DNA from: an uncultured Gemmatimonadales bacterium
GTDB taxonomy: Bacteria; Gemmatimonadota; Gemmatimonadetes; Gemmatimonadales; GWC2-71-9
DNA: 64,000 nt
NCBI GenBank assembly: GCA_963795085.1
Contig: CAWCFX010000001.1
Location: forward strand, 96,001 to 160,000
Direction: 5' to 3'
A model generated the notes under the pieces. That model ran no database searches. It was not told the origin of the DNA and saw only the letters and a list, made by a program, of their open reading frames with translations. Shown here piece after piece: positions 32,030-41,965 of the stretch; the first letter of the stretch is position 1, and each line of letters starts with the position of its first letter. Position numbers and translations under genes: made by a program.

Positions 32030-33004
32030 CTATTCCATCGCGAAGTGTCGATGGTAGATGATGTCGAAACTGAACGTCTTGGCTTTGCTCCGGGACTCGA
32101 TGTACTCGGCCACCCGGCGGAGACGGTCCGGCAGTTCCAGGATCTTGGCCTGGGCCCGCCGCCCCAGGGCGTTGAGGCCGTTCAGGCCGTCGATCTGCCA
32201 GTGCCGGATCTGCTCCTGCACGATGCGCAGGTAGTCCCACGGGCCGTAGATGCCGGACCGGCGAATGACGTCGGCAAACTCCCGGAATCCGGGCATGCTG
32301 GCGCCAGGCATGTCGATTCCCGGCAGGATGTGGGAGGCCGACTCCAAGGCCCGGTCCGGGTCCCGCTGAAGAACTTCGTCGAACACGGTGCGGTAAAACG
32401 TGTAGTGGCGAGCCTCTTCCTGGGCCACCCGGGAGAGGATCTCGCGCAGGATGGGCTCATACTCCCCGGCCAGCTTGCCGGTTTCGCTGTGGGAGAACTG
32501 GGTGGCCCGTTCCTGCACCGTGGTGTAGGCGAAGACCCGGTAGGGGTCGCTGTCCCATCCCGGGTGGAACCCCTGCCGGAGATAGTCGAACTGCAGCCGC
32601 TCCAGGCGGGTCTGGTCGAAGATCCGGGTATCGCGGGCATAGTCACGCAGCACCGCCCCGTGGCGATCCTCCTCAGCCGTCCACAGGTTGATCCAATCTC
32701 TCCAATGGCTGTCATCTCCGAGGTACACCGCCAGCAGGCGGTGGAAGTGGGGCAGTCCCTCTTCCGTCAGGAGATTGAGCGCCAGGGCGGCCCGGGCGGC
32801 ATCGGGTATGCCGGCGGCCCGCTCCCGCAGGGCCTTCAGGTGGTCATCGGGGGATTCCCCGGGGGCCGCTTCCAGCAGCTCCGAAGGGAACCATAGTTCC
32901 CGCTTCTGTTCATGGATCTGCATGAGCTCCCGGACCTTGGGCTCCAGGTCCTTGAGCACCTCGATCTTGGAGAAAAGCTGGCGGGCGGCTTCGGTCACGG
33001 TCAT
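32030..33004 (-). CDS. Acyl-ACP desaturase (di-iron, DesA-like)
   Basis: TEEGLPHFH, WTAEEDRH, QERAT, EEARH, IDMPG. Confidence 0.9.
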   Translation of the reverse strand: MTVTEAARQLFSKIEVLKDLEPKVRELMQIHEQKRELWFPSELLEAAPGESPDDHLKALRERAAGIPDAARAALALNLLTEEGLPHFHRLLAVYLGDDSHWRDWINLWTAEEDRHGAVLRDYARDTRIFDQTRLERLQFDYLRQGFHPGWDSDPYRVFAYTTVQERATQFSHSETGKLAGEYEPILREILSRVAQEEARHYTFYRTVFDEVLQRDPDRALESASHILPGIDMPGASMPGFREFADVIRRSGIYGPWDYLRIVQEQIRHWQIDGLNGLNALGRRAQAKILELPDRLRRVAEYIESRSKAKTFSFDIIYHRHFAME

Positions 33005-33052
33005 GGATCTAATATAACCCCTCCGGGGGTCAACGGTTCGGGGACCCAGGAC

Positions 33053-33081
33053 ACAAAAGCCCGCCGGCGGGCCGGCGGGCT
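33053..33081 (-). terminator. Intrinsic terminator downstream of the GNAT gene
   Basis: 10-bp stem AGCCCGCCGG/CCGGCGGGCT followed by a T-run on the minus strand. Confidence 0.7.
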
Positions 33082-33107
33082 GGCGATCTGGGGGTACCCG
33101 GCCCGGG

Positions 33108-33554
33108 TCAGTCGTCGCCGGGCTGGTCCAGCCGCTTTTCCATCAAGTACCAGGTACGCTGCCCGATATAGTTATGCCGGGTGAGCACCCGCTCCCATCC
33201 AAAAGCCAGCAGAAAGGCCTCAGACCGCAGGTCGTCGGTCCAGAACTCCGCAATATGGGCGCCGGTTTCCAGGGCCCGTTCCTCGAATGCCTCGAGCAGC
33301 AGGTGGGCATGGCCGTGGTGGCGCTCGTCCGGGGCGACGGCCAGCTCCAGCAACTGGGCAACCCCGCCCTGGAGCGAGTATCGCAGGCCTCCGATCCAGT
33401 CGCCGATCTCGTTGCTCAGGACCAGGTAACGGTCGTCCCGATGCACGTCGAGACCAGTCTCCTCGTCGTGGCGTTCCAGGAGATCCGCGAACCACTCCGC
33501 GAACTCCTCACCTTTTTCCATGTCCCGGATGATGACTTCACTGGTCTCGCGCAT
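33108..33554 (-). CDS. GNAT family N-acetyltransferase
   Basis: LAVAPDERHHGHA (motif A), AFLLAFGW. Confidence 0.8.
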   Translation of the reverse strand: MRETSEVIIRDMEKGEEFAEWFADLLERHDEETGLDVHRDDRYLVLSNEIGDWIGGLRYSLQGGVAQLLELAVAPDERHHGHAHLLLEAFEERALETGAHIAEFWTDDLRSEAFLLAFGWERVLTRHNYIGQRTWYLMEKRLDQPGDD

Positions 33555-33589
33555 ATGTTTCTCGGGATTGAGTGACAGTCCCCCAAATC

Positions 33590-33605
33590 GCAATCTTGGT
33601 GCCAA
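33590..33605 (-). promoter_or_regulatory. Sigma54 (-24/-12) promoter
   Basis: TTGGCAC-CAAGA-TTGC with exact GG-N10-GC spacing, 35 bp upstream of the GNAT ATG. Confidence 0.75.
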
Positions 33606-33825
33606 TGGCATGGTAGCATGATCGGCAGCCGGCACCGCGACTTGAGACACCCTCTTCGAGTGCCCTGACTCACCCGGCTTCGTCAAGCTCTTACCCAGTA
33701 ATCACTTGACGCACTTCTGCCGATCAGCCGAGCCGCGGAGTTCCACCGCATATAACGCTTGAAGCCCCTGGAATGTTCACATTACGGGTTTCGTCGGGGG
33801 CCGCCCCGGGGTCCCCGAAGTCCCC

Positions 33826-34095
33826 CTATCTGGTGCGGCACTGCGTGGTAGCCGGTGGGCGGCGGCCACAGGCGATGACGTCATTCATGCCATTCGCCAG
33901 GGGGCCGCAGGCGGTGCTCTGCGCCGAGTGGCGGGCTTCGTCCTCCGATTCGTGCGAGGCAGTGGCGCAGTTGCGGCCCCCGTTGAATTCGACGCACACC
34001 TCGCAGGTCGCCCTCTGGGCCGAGAGCGTGTTGTAGAGCAGCAGGCCGAAGAACCCCGCCACCAGCGCTACGACGAGCAGTTTTTTCCGAGTCAT
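33826..34095 (-). CDS. Small membrane-anchored or secreted protein with six Cys
   Basis: N-terminal hydrophobic helix; CEVC plus four further Cys. Confidence 0.75.
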   Translation of the reverse strand: MTRKKLLVVALVAGFFGLLLYNTLSAQRATCEVCVEFNGGRNCATASHESEDEARHSAQSTACGPLANGMNDVIACGRRPPATTQCRTR

Positions 34096-34108
34096 GGCTG
34101 GCCCGAGT

Positions 34109-34819
34109 TCAGTTGCGCAGGTAGCTGATGAGCGGTTGGATCGTGCCGAGGACCCACATGATCACCCCGGCGAGAGCGGCTTTCCCGGAAGGCACCCGGG
34201 CCTTCACCATCAGGCCGATCGCGATGAGCGCGGTGGTCCAGAGGACGAAGAGATCGAGCCGGCTCAGCAGCGCCAGGGTCGCCACGCTGGCGGTTGCATC
34301 GGCGAAGCGGGCCGGGCTGAACGACAGGCTGGCGAACCCGTGGATCTTGTCGTCCGGCAGCAGGGCGGCCTGGAACCCCAGGATGGGCCAGTAGAGCACC
34401 CGCGGGAAATACGAGAACACTCCCACCATCATGGCCGCGCCCAGTTCGAGGGTGGCGCCGATCGCCTTGCCGACCAGCCAGAGGGCCAGGCCCACGATCA
34501 TGGGAACGATGGTGTGGAACAGGATCATGGTGACCGGTCCGAGAAAGGCGAACTTCCCGGACATCTGGGCAGCCTGGTCCCTCTGCTCCTGGGTCAGGTT
34601 CTCCAGCTGGGCGGCCATTGCCCGCTGCCCCTCGTACTCGTAGAGCGGTGCCAGCAGGGAGTAGGTGCCCAGGATGACCAGCGCGGACGCCAGCACGAGC
34701 ACCAGCAGGGGGCCGCCCCACCGGGAACCCCGCCGCTCGAAAACCCGGGCCGGAGCGTAGAAGATCTCGAGGTAGTCTTCCCAGCCTGGGGCGGCCGATT
34801 CCGGGGTGGCTGCGGTCAT
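34109..34819 (-). CDS. Yip1 family membrane protein
   Basis: IFYAPARVFER plus ~5 TMs; SD-like AGGAGA upstream. Confidence 0.8.
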   Translation of the reverse strand: MTAATPESAAPGWEDYLEIFYAPARVFERRGSRWGGPLLVLVLASALVILGTYSLLAPLYEYEGQRAMAAQLENLTQEQRDQAAQMSGKFAFLGPVTMILFHTIVPMIVGLALWLVGKAIGATLELGAAMMVGVFSYFPRVLYWPILGFQAALLPDDKIHGFASLSFSPARFADATASVATLALLSRLDLFVLWTTALIAIGLMVKARVPSGKAALAGVIMWVLGTIQPLISYLRN

Positions 34820-34845
34820 CGGATCTCCTTGATTGGGTGGCGGTG

Positions 34846-35175
34846 TCACGATGGAGGAGTCGCGACCGCGTCCTCCACCCATGTCGCGTAGGCCTGGCTG
34901 CAGAACGGCAGGGCTACGGCGATCACTTCGGGTGTCTCGTAGGAGTGCAGCGCCCGAATTCGGGATTCCAGATCGGGAAACCGGGCAGCGGTCGTCTTGA
35001 GGTGGCAGTACCACTCGGCGGCGGATTCGACCCGGGCCTGCCACCGGTAGACACTGGTGATCGGGCCATCGACCTGCGCGCAGGCGGCCAGGCGTTCCTC
35101 GACCAGGGTCCGGCCCAGGTGCTCAGCGGCTTCGCGCGAGTCGGTCGTGGTGGTGACCTGGAGCAGCGTGGTCAT
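34846..35175 (-). CDS. cutA: Divalent-cation tolerance protein CutA
   Basis: LVEERLAACAQ, SVYRW, HSYETPEVI. Confidence 0.93.
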   Translation of the reverse strand: MTTLLQVTTTTDSREAAEHLGRTLVEERLAACAQVDGPITSVYRWQARVESAAEWYCHLKTTAARFPDLESRIRALHSYETPEVIAVALPFCSQAYATWVEDAVATPPS

Positions 35176-35198
35176 GCCACTCCGCGGCGCCGGTGTGG

Positions 35199-35561
35199 TC
35201 AGCTGGGGATTCGGGTGTCGGTTCCCCGCTTGCCATCCTCGATGGGAACGATGCCGGCCCGCCATCCGCTCTTGAACTGGACCTGCAGGCGATGGCCCAG
35301 CGTGTCGGCCTCGATGCTCAGGATATCCGGGAACTGGCGGGCGTAGGCGATCGCTACCCGGCTGGGGGTTCCGCGCCCGCTGTTGTAGGGCCGTCCGAAC
35401 TCACGGCCTATGGCCACGGCGATGGCCTGCTCCCGCCCGTACGCGGCGAACTGATCGGCCGGCATCATGCCGTCCTGGTTGCCCAGGTGACTTTCGAGGT
35501 CGTAGTCCCGGCACCCGGCCAGGGCGAGGACGGTCAGGCAGACGAGGGCGCTGCGTTTCAT
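35199..35561 (-). CDS. Hypothetical lipoprotein
   Basis: Lipobox LAGC. Confidence 0.75.
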   Translation of the reverse strand: MKRSALVCLTVLALAGCRDYDLESHLGNQDGMMPADQFAAYGREQAIAVAIGREFGRPYNSGRGTPSRVAIAYARQFPDILSIEADTLGHRLQVQFKSGWRAGIVPIEDGKRGTDTRIPS

Positions 35562-35684
35562 CGGGCTCTTCTCGCGTAGGTGGCGGACGACCCTCAAAAG
35601 TCGTTCCCCCGGGTATGGTTGTAAAGCCCCGGCAGCGGTAAACTTGGGTCTCATGACACCAGGGCGTTATCTGTTCCACCTCTC

Positions 35685-36437
35685 ATGACCCACCCATGCC
35701 GATCCGCCGCGCTTCGCGGCCTGCTGGGGCTCGCCTTGCTGGCGGGCCTGCAGCCGCTTCCCGCCTCTGCCCAGGACAGCCCTGGAGGCCCGGCCAGAAT
35801 TCAATGGTGGCACGGCTTGATTGCGGTTGGCGGGTACGCCGTGCTCAGCCGGCTGGACGATGGTATTCAGAGTTTCTTCCAGGAGAACCGCTCCCCCACC
35901 TCGGATGATATCGCGGACGTGATCCGGCCGATGGGCCAGCCGGAGGTGTATGCGACGGTGGGGCTCGGCATTCTCGCCTCCGGTGTGCTGGCCGGTGACC
36001 GGGAGGTGCGCCAGGCCGGGGTCAGGATCAGCACCGCGCTGGCCACCACGGGCGTGGTGGTCACCCTCGGCAAGTTTGCGGCGGGCCGCATCCGGCCGTC
36101 GAAGCGCGGCAGCAATGCCGCTGACTTCCGTCCTTTTTCCGGCAATACCTCGGCGCCATCCGGCCACGCGGCGATGGCGTTCGCCCTGGCCGCGTCGCTG
36201 GGCGAGGAGATTCACGACCCGTGGGTGTCGGCCGCGCTCTACACGGCTGCCGCCGGGACGGCCTGGTCCCGGGTCAACGATAACGTCCACTGGCTCAGCG
36301 ACGTGATCGCGGGGGCCACGGTCGGAGTGGTCATCGCCAAGTATATCAACGGCAAAGTGACGGTTTTCGGGGTGAAGCCTCCCCGGCTCCGTCCCGCGCC
36401 CGGCGGCGCCGCGCTGACCTGGAGCGGCTCTTTCTGA
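35685..36437 (+). CDS. PAP2 family phosphatase
   Basis: KFAAGRIRP, PSGH, SRVNDNVHWLSDV. Confidence 0.9.
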   Translation: MTHPCRSAALRGLLGLALLAGLQPLPASAQDSPGGPARIQWWHGLIAVGGYAVLSRLDDGIQSFFQENRSPTSDDIADVIRPMGQPEVYATVGLGILASGVLAGDREVRQAGVRISTALATTGVVVTLGKFAAGRIRPSKRGSNAADFRPFSGNTSAPSGHAAMAFALAASLGEEIHDPWVSAALYTAAAGTAWSRVNDNVHWLSDVIAGATVGVVIAKYINGKVTVFGVKPPRLRPAPGGAALTWSGSF

Positions 36438-36538
36438 GCCTGGTCCATGTGCGGCAGGGCTGGACAGGGCAGGGCTCTTCGCTTAACTAAAGTCGAATCA
36501 TCCGCCAAATCCGCCCGTGGCAAGCTGGCCCCGCCCGC

Positions 36539-37006
36539 TTGCCGGCCAAGGAGCCTCCTTTGGAACGACCCTCGCGCAGCTATACCGGCCTGGCGTCCGG
36601 CGTCGGCAAGGACAAGAACGCGGCACCCCGGCGGAAGCTCCTCATCATTGATGATGACCGGGCGTTCGTGGTGCTCGCCGCCGCCATCCTTCGCGATGCC
36701 GGGTTCAAGGTGCTCGAAGCCTTCGATGCCATGCAGGGGTTCATGTTCGCGCAGCAGGACCCCCCCGCGGTCATCCTGCTCGACATGCAGATGCCGGCCG
36801 GGGGAGGCATGAACCTGCTGCAACGGGTGCAGACCAATCCCCGGCTGAAGGTGGTCCCGATCATCGTGGTCACCGCCAGCACCGACGAAGGAATGGAAGA
36901 GTCGGTCCGCAGCCTGGGGGCGACCGACGTGCTGAGGAAACCGGTGGACCGCGACCGATTGCTGGCGAAAGTCAACCAGGTCCTCAATCCCACCCCGTCG
37001 CCCTGA
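36539..37006 (+). CDS. Single-domain response regulator
   Basis: LIIDDD, ILLDMQMP, VVTAS, LRKP. Confidence 0.88.
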   Translation: MPAKEPPLERPSRSYTGLASGVGKDKNAAPRRKLLIIDDDRAFVVLAAAILRDAGFKVLEAFDAMQGFMFAQQDPPAVILLDMQMPAGGGMNLLQRVQTNPRLKVVPIIVVTASTDEGMEESVRSLGATDVLRKPVDRDRLLAKVNQVLNPTPSP

Positions 37007-37037
37007 CTTCCCGCCGTACGGCAGGCCCCGCCACACC

Positions 37038-37826
37038 ATGAACTATCGCCTTGCCGCCGGGCTCCTTCTTCTCGCGGCCCCGGCAGCGCCCGGGGCCGCG
37101 CAATCCGCCCCGGAACGGCTGACCGTGTTCGCCGCCAGCTCATTGACCGAGGCGTTTCGGGAAATCGGCCTCGACTTCGAGCGGCGGGAGGGCGCCGTGG
37201 TGCGTTTCAACTTCGCGGGATCGCAGCAGCTCGCCGCGCAGATCGACCTGGGGGGCGGGGCGGACGTCTTCGCCCCCGCCAGCGACCGCTGGACTCGTCC
37301 TCTGGAACGCCGTTCGCTGCTGGACGCGTCCCCCCGCACCTGTGTTCGCAACACGCTGGTCGTCATTCTCCCGGCCGACAACCCCGGCCGCATCCGCGAG
37401 CTTGCCGACCTGGCACACCCCGGTGTGCGGCTGGTGCTGCCGGGCCCCGCCGTACCGGCTGGAGAGTACAGCCGGCGAGCCATTGCGCTGCTCGGGTCCA
37501 CGCCGGGCTGGCCGCCCGATTACGAGCAGCGGGTGCTGGCCAATATCCGGTCCAACGAAGACAACGTGCGGGGCGTGCTGGGAAAGGTGCTGCTGGGCGA
37601 GGCCGATGCCGGCATCGTCTATCGCAGCGACCTGACCTCTCCCTCGGCGGCCCCGCTGGCTTGGCTGGAGTTCCCCCCGGCAGCCCGGGTCATGGCCAGC
37701 TATCCCCTCGCCGCGCTAACCAGCTCGGCGAACCTTACCCTCGCCCGGCGGTTCGTGCATTTCGTGTGTTCTCCGGAGGGCCGGGCCATCCTCGCCCGAC
37801 ATGGCTTCCTCGATGGCGGCCCCTGA
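37038..37826 (+). CDS. modA: Molybdate ABC transporter substrate-binding protein
   Basis: VFAASSL, NFAGS, VPAGEY, NVR, DAGIVYRSD. Confidence 0.93.
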   Translation: MNYRLAAGLLLLAAPAAPGAAQSAPERLTVFAASSLTEAFREIGLDFERREGAVVRFNFAGSQQLAAQIDLGGGADVFAPASDRWTRPLERRSLLDASPRTCVRNTLVVILPADNPGRIRELADLAHPGVRLVLPGPAVPAGEYSRRAIALLGSTPGWPPDYEQRVLANIRSNEDNVRGVLGKVLLGEADAGIVYRSDLTSPSAAPLAWLEFPPAARVMASYPLAALTSSANLTLARRFVHFVCSPEGRAILARHGFLDGGP

Positions 37827-38640
37827 CCGCTCCCGCGGCTCCGCGCTGGCGGCCGTCGCCGCCCGGGTAGGAAGCGCGGCCGCGCTGGCCGCGCTGTTCG
37901 GACTGCTGACACTGCCGCTGCTGGGGTTGGTTCTTCGGGTCCCGCCCGGGAGGCTGCTGTCCCGCTTGCTGGATCCGGCGATCCAGCAGGCGTTCCGGCT
38001 GAGTTTGCTGACCAGCCTCGCCGCGACCACTATCGTCATGGTACTCGGCCTTCCGGCAGCCTACGTCCTGGCCCGCCGGAACTTTCCGGGAAAGCGCGTC
38101 CTGGAAGTGCTGGTCGATCTCCCCATGGTACTCCCGCCCACCGTGGCCGGCCTGGCGCTGCTGCTGGCCTTGGGGAGAAACGGCCTGGCCGGGGACTCGC
38201 TCAGCCTCCTCGGCATCCAGCTGCCCTTCACCACGGCGGGCGTGGTGGTCGCCCAGGCATTCATGGCGGCTCCGTTTTTCATCGGCCCCGCCCGCGCGGG
38301 TTTCGCGGCGGTAGACCAGCGGCTGCTCGATGCGGCGGCGACGCTTCGGGCCGCCGAGACCTTTCGGTTCTTTCGGGTCATGGTGCCGCTGGCCTGGCCT
38401 TCGATCCTGGCTGGCCTGGCGATGAGCTGGGCCCGGGCGCTGGGCGAGTTCGGGGCCACCATCACCTTCGCCGGCAACCTGCCGGGGCTCACCCAGACCA
38501 TGCCGCTGGCCGTGTACGAGGCCATGCAGGTGGACCTCGAGGCCGCGATCGCCATGGCAATCCTGCTCGCCGTGATGTCCCTGAGTCTCCTCCTCTTGCT
38601 CCGGCTGGGGCCGGAACGATTCCGCCATGCTCCGCGCTGA
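37813..38640 (+). CDS. modB: Molybdate ABC transporter permease
   Basis: DLPMVLPPTVAG, WARALGEFGATITFAGN. Confidence 0.93.
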   Translation: MAAPDRSRGSALAAVAARVGSAAALAALFGLLTLPLLGLVLRVPPGRLLSRLLDPAIQQAFRLSLLTSLAATTIVMVLGLPAAYVLARRNFPGKRVLEVLVDLPMVLPPTVAGLALLLALGRNGLAGDSLSLLGIQLPFTTAGVVVAQAFMAAPFFIGPARAGFAAVDQRLLDAAATLRAAETFRFFRVMVPLAWPSILAGLAMSWARALGEFGATITFAGNLPGLTQTMPLAVYEAMQVDLEAAIAMAILLAVMSLSLLLLLRLGPERFRHAPR

Positions 38641-39697
38641 GCTGGCCTGCCGGCTGGGGAATTTCCAACTGGAGGCGAGCCTGGACGCGCCCGCGGCTTC
38701 CACCCTGGTCCTGGTCGGCGAGAGCGGTGCCGGCAAGACGACGGTGCTCCGCCTGCTGGCGGGACTGGTGAACCCCGACCGGGGTCTGATCAGCGTGGGC
38801 GGCGAGACGTGGTACGGCCCGGATCGCACGCTGGCCGCATGGCGTCGGCCGGTGGGCTATGTCGCCCAGGACTATGCCCTCTTTCCCCACCTTTCGGTGT
38901 TCGACAATGTGGCGTTCGGGCTCCGGGCCATGGGTGTGCGCCGGGCCGAGGTCCGCCTCCGGGTTGGCGCCATCCTTGATCGGTTCTCCCTGGCGGAGTT
39001 CGCGGGCCGGCGGCCCGGCCAGCTTTCCGGGGGACAGCAGCAGCGGGTGGCGCTGGTGCGAGCCCTCGTGCTGGAACCTTCGCTCCTCCTGCTGGACGAG
39101 CCGCTGGCCGCCCTGGACCAGCAGACCCGGCGAGCAGTCCGGCAGGAGCTTCGGGATACTCTCCGCGACCTCCCCTGCGTCACCGTGCTGGTCACCCACA
39201 GCCCGCAGGAAGCGCTGGTGTTCGGCGACCGGGTGACGGTGCTGGAAGAGGGGCGCGGCCACCAGGCCGGGACCCGGGACGACCTGCTGCTCCGGCCGCG
39301 CTCCGCATACGTGGCCGACCTCATGGGCATGAACCTGTTCCAGGGCGAGATCGTCACCCGTACGCCGGCGGGCCTCGCGACCCTGCGCACCGGCGGCGGA
39401 GAAGTGCTGGTCGTCGATCCCGGGGAGGGCCCGGCGGAGTTATTTGCCACCGTCAGTCCGCGGGAGATCACGCTGTCGCTCGAGCACCCGGAAGGAAGCG
39501 CCCAGAATGTCCTGCGGGGGCCGATCCGGGAGATCATCCCGGAGCCGCCCCGGGGCGACCGCCTCCGAGTCGCGCTGGATACCCGGCCGGCGCTGGTGGC
39601 GGAGGTCACCCGCCCGGCCGTCGCCGCGCTGGGCCTGCGGGAGGGGCTCCTGGTGTTCGCGGCGTTCAAGGCGACCGGCGTGGTTCCCTACCGGTAG
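38627..39697 (+). CDS. modC: Molybdate ABC transporter ATP-binding protein with TOBE domain
   Basis: GESGAGKT, LSGGQQQR, LLLDEP, C-terminal FKAT. Confidence 0.88.
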   Translation: MLRAELACRLGNFQLEASLDAPAASTLVLVGESGAGKTTVLRLLAGLVNPDRGLISVGGETWYGPDRTLAAWRRPVGYVAQDYALFPHLSVFDNVAFGLRAMGVRRAEVRLRVGAILDRFSLAEFAGRRPGQLSGGQQQRVALVRALVLEPSLLLLDEPLAALDQQTRRAVRQELRDTLRDLPCVTVLVTHSPQEALVFGDRVTVLEEGRGHQAGTRDDLLLRPRSAYVADLMGMNLFQGEIVTRTPAGLATLRTGGGEVLVVDPGEGPAELFATVSPREITLSLEHPEGSAQNVLRGPIREIIPEPPRGDRLRVALDTRPALVAEVTRPAVAALGLREGLLVFAAFKATGVVPYR

Positions 39698-39785
39698 CCG
39701 CGCGGGGTTTGCGGTTTTCTGCTCCAATCGTCAATCTTCGAGCGGGCGGTTATCTTGCCCACTCCCTGAACATACCGGTCGTGCC

Positions 39786-41426
39786 ATGAGTGCCATTCCT
39801 TCAATTCCGAGACCCGCGAACGAGCCGGTGCTGACGTATGCCCCGGGCTCCGGGGAGCGCGCCAGCCTCAAGGCCCGCGTCAATGCCATGAGCCGCGATG
39901 TCGTGGATATTCCCTGCATCGTGGGTGGCAGGGAGGTTCGGGATGCCAGGACTTCCGACGTGGTGATTCCGCATTGCCACCGGCATGTGCTGGCGAAGGT
40001 CCACCAGGCGAGCGCCGACACCATCCATGCGGCGATCGAGGCGGCGAACCGGGCGCAGCGGGACTGGGCTCACTGGAAATTCGAAGACCGGGCGGCGGTA
40101 TTTCTCCGGGCGGCGGACCTGCTGGCCGGCCCCTGGCGGGCCACCATCAACGCGGCCACCATGCTGGGGCAGAGCAAGACCGCCCACCAGGCCGAGATCG
40201 ACAGCGCCTGCGAGCTGATTGATTTCCTGCGCTTCAACGTGCATTTCGCGGAGCGAATCTACCGGGAGCAGCCGGAGTCGTCGCCCGGGGTGTGGAACCG
40301 GATGGACCACCGCCCGCTCGAGGGGTTTGTCTACGCCATCACGCCGTTCAACTTCACCGCGATCGGCGGCAACCTGCCGACGGCCCCGGCCCTGCTCGGC
40401 AACGTCGCGGTCTGGAAGCCGGCCGCGACGGCGACCCTCAGCAATTACCTGTTCCTTCGGTTGCTGGAAGAGGCGGGGCTGCCTCCGGGGGTCATCAACT
40501 TCATCCCGGGCAGCGCCGCCCAGGTGAGTGACATCGTCCTGGCCGACCGGACGCTCGCGGGCATTCACTTCACCGGTTCTACCGAGGTCTTCCAGTCGCT
40601 CTGGAAGAAGGTGGCGGACCGGATCGAGCACTATGCCACCTATCCCCGGCTGGTGGGAGAGACCGGCGGCAAGGATTTCGTGCTGGCCCACGCCAGCGCC
40701 GACCCCCAGTCCCTGGCGGTGGCCCTGGTGCGCGGGGCGTTCGAATACCAGGGGCAGAAGTGCAGCGCGGCATCCCGGGCCTATGTGCCGGACAATCTCT
40801 GGCCCGAGGTCCAGGACCGGGTGCTGGAAATGATGTCGGCCATCCGGATGGGCGACGTGGCGGACTTCCGGAACTTCATGGGGGCGGTCATCGACCGGCG
40901 GGCCTTTGACCGGATCAAGGCGTACCTCGACCAGGCCAGGACGGCGCCCGGGGTCAAAGTCCTGGCCGGCGGCAAGGCAGACGACAGCACCGGGTTCTTC
41001 ATCGAGCCCACCTTGCTCCAGGCGGACGACCCGATGTACCGGACCATGTGCGAGGAAATCTTCGGACCGGTGCTGACGCTGCACGTGTACCCGTCCGGCA
41101 AGTGGACGGAGACCCTGGCCCTGGTGGATCGCACCAGTCCCTACAGCCTGACCGGGGCGGTCTTCGCGCGGGACCGGAACGCCATTCTGCAAGCGGACCG
41201 GGAACTGCGGAACGCCGCCGGCAACTTCTACATCAACGACAAGCCGACCGGCGCGGTGGTGGGGCAGCAGCCGTTCGGCGGTGCCCGCGCCAGCGGCACC
41301 AACGACAAGGCCGGATCGATCCTCAACCTGGTGCGGTGGATCTCGCCCCGCACCATCAAGGAAACCTTCGTGCCCCCGGCGGATTACCGCTACCCGTTCA
41401 TGGAGGACGACGAGGGCGGGATCTGA
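39786..41426 (+). CDS. pruA: L-glutamate gamma-semialdehyde (P5C) dehydrogenase
   Basis: PFNFTAI, FTGST, GETGGK, YQGQKCSA, EEIFGP, GTNDKAGS. Confidence 0.95.
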   Translation: MSAIPSIPRPANEPVLTYAPGSGERASLKARVNAMSRDVVDIPCIVGGREVRDARTSDVVIPHCHRHVLAKVHQASADTIHAAIEAANRAQRDWAHWKFEDRAAVFLRAADLLAGPWRATINAATMLGQSKTAHQAEIDSACELIDFLRFNVHFAERIYREQPESSPGVWNRMDHRPLEGFVYAITPFNFTAIGGNLPTAPALLGNVAVWKPAATATLSNYLFLRLLEEAGLPPGVINFIPGSAAQVSDIVLADRTLAGIHFTGSTEVFQSLWKKVADRIEHYATYPRLVGETGGKDFVLAHASADPQSLAVALVRGAFEYQGQKCSAASRAYVPDNLWPEVQDRVLEMMSAIRMGDVADFRNFMGAVIDRRAFDRIKAYLDQARTAPGVKVLAGGKADDSTGFFIEPTLLQADDPMYRTMCEEIFGPVLTLHVYPSGKWTETLALVDRTSPYSLTGAVFARDRNAILQADRELRNAAGNFYINDKPTGAVVGQQPFGGARASGTNDKAGSILNLVRWISPRTIKETFVPPADYRYPFMEDDEGGI

Positions 41427-41455
41427 CTCCCGCCGGTTCCCGACCTCGATAGCCC

Positions 41456-41830
41456 ATGGATATTCTCGTCCCGACCGACAAGCCCCATGTACCCCATCCC
41501 ACCGGGATGATTAGCGTGGTGCGTACCCTCGCCGTCTTCGGGTGGGTGGGGTACGTGCTCTTTTTCGCCATGGTGTTTTCGGAAGGAAATGTCAGTTTCC
41601 CCCACCTGCAGCGCACCCTGCAACTGGTCGGGGTGAGCTTCGCCGGGTTTCTTCTCACCTGGCGGTTTCAGCGGGTGGGCGGGCTGGTGCTGCTTGCCGG
41701 GATGGTGGTCGCGCTGGCGCTCACCCCGAGCCAGCTCAGAGAGTGGCGGCTCTGGTTCTATGCCCTGGAAGCCTACATGGCCGTGACCGGAATCCTCTTC
41801 ATCGTGGCCCCCAGGAAACCGGCAGCGTGA
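41456..41830 (+). CDS. Hypothetical membrane protein (~4 TM)
   Basis: Hydrophobic segments. Confidence 0.65.
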   Translation: MDILVPTDKPHVPHPTGMISVVRTLAVFGWVGYVLFFAMVFSEGNVSFPHLQRTLQLVGVSFAGFLLTWRFQRVGGLVLLAGMVVALALTPSQLREWRLWFYALEAYMAVTGILFIVAPRKPAA

Positions 41831-41965
41831 ATAGCCCCAGCCATGAGCGGCCAGCTTTCACGTCCACTGCTTGCCGCTCACTCCTGATGGCCAGGTTCCC
41901 GTTCCCGTCTTGCAGTGGCTCGGCAATCTCCATACTTTTAGAAAACTCCTCGCGAGGCCCTGCCG

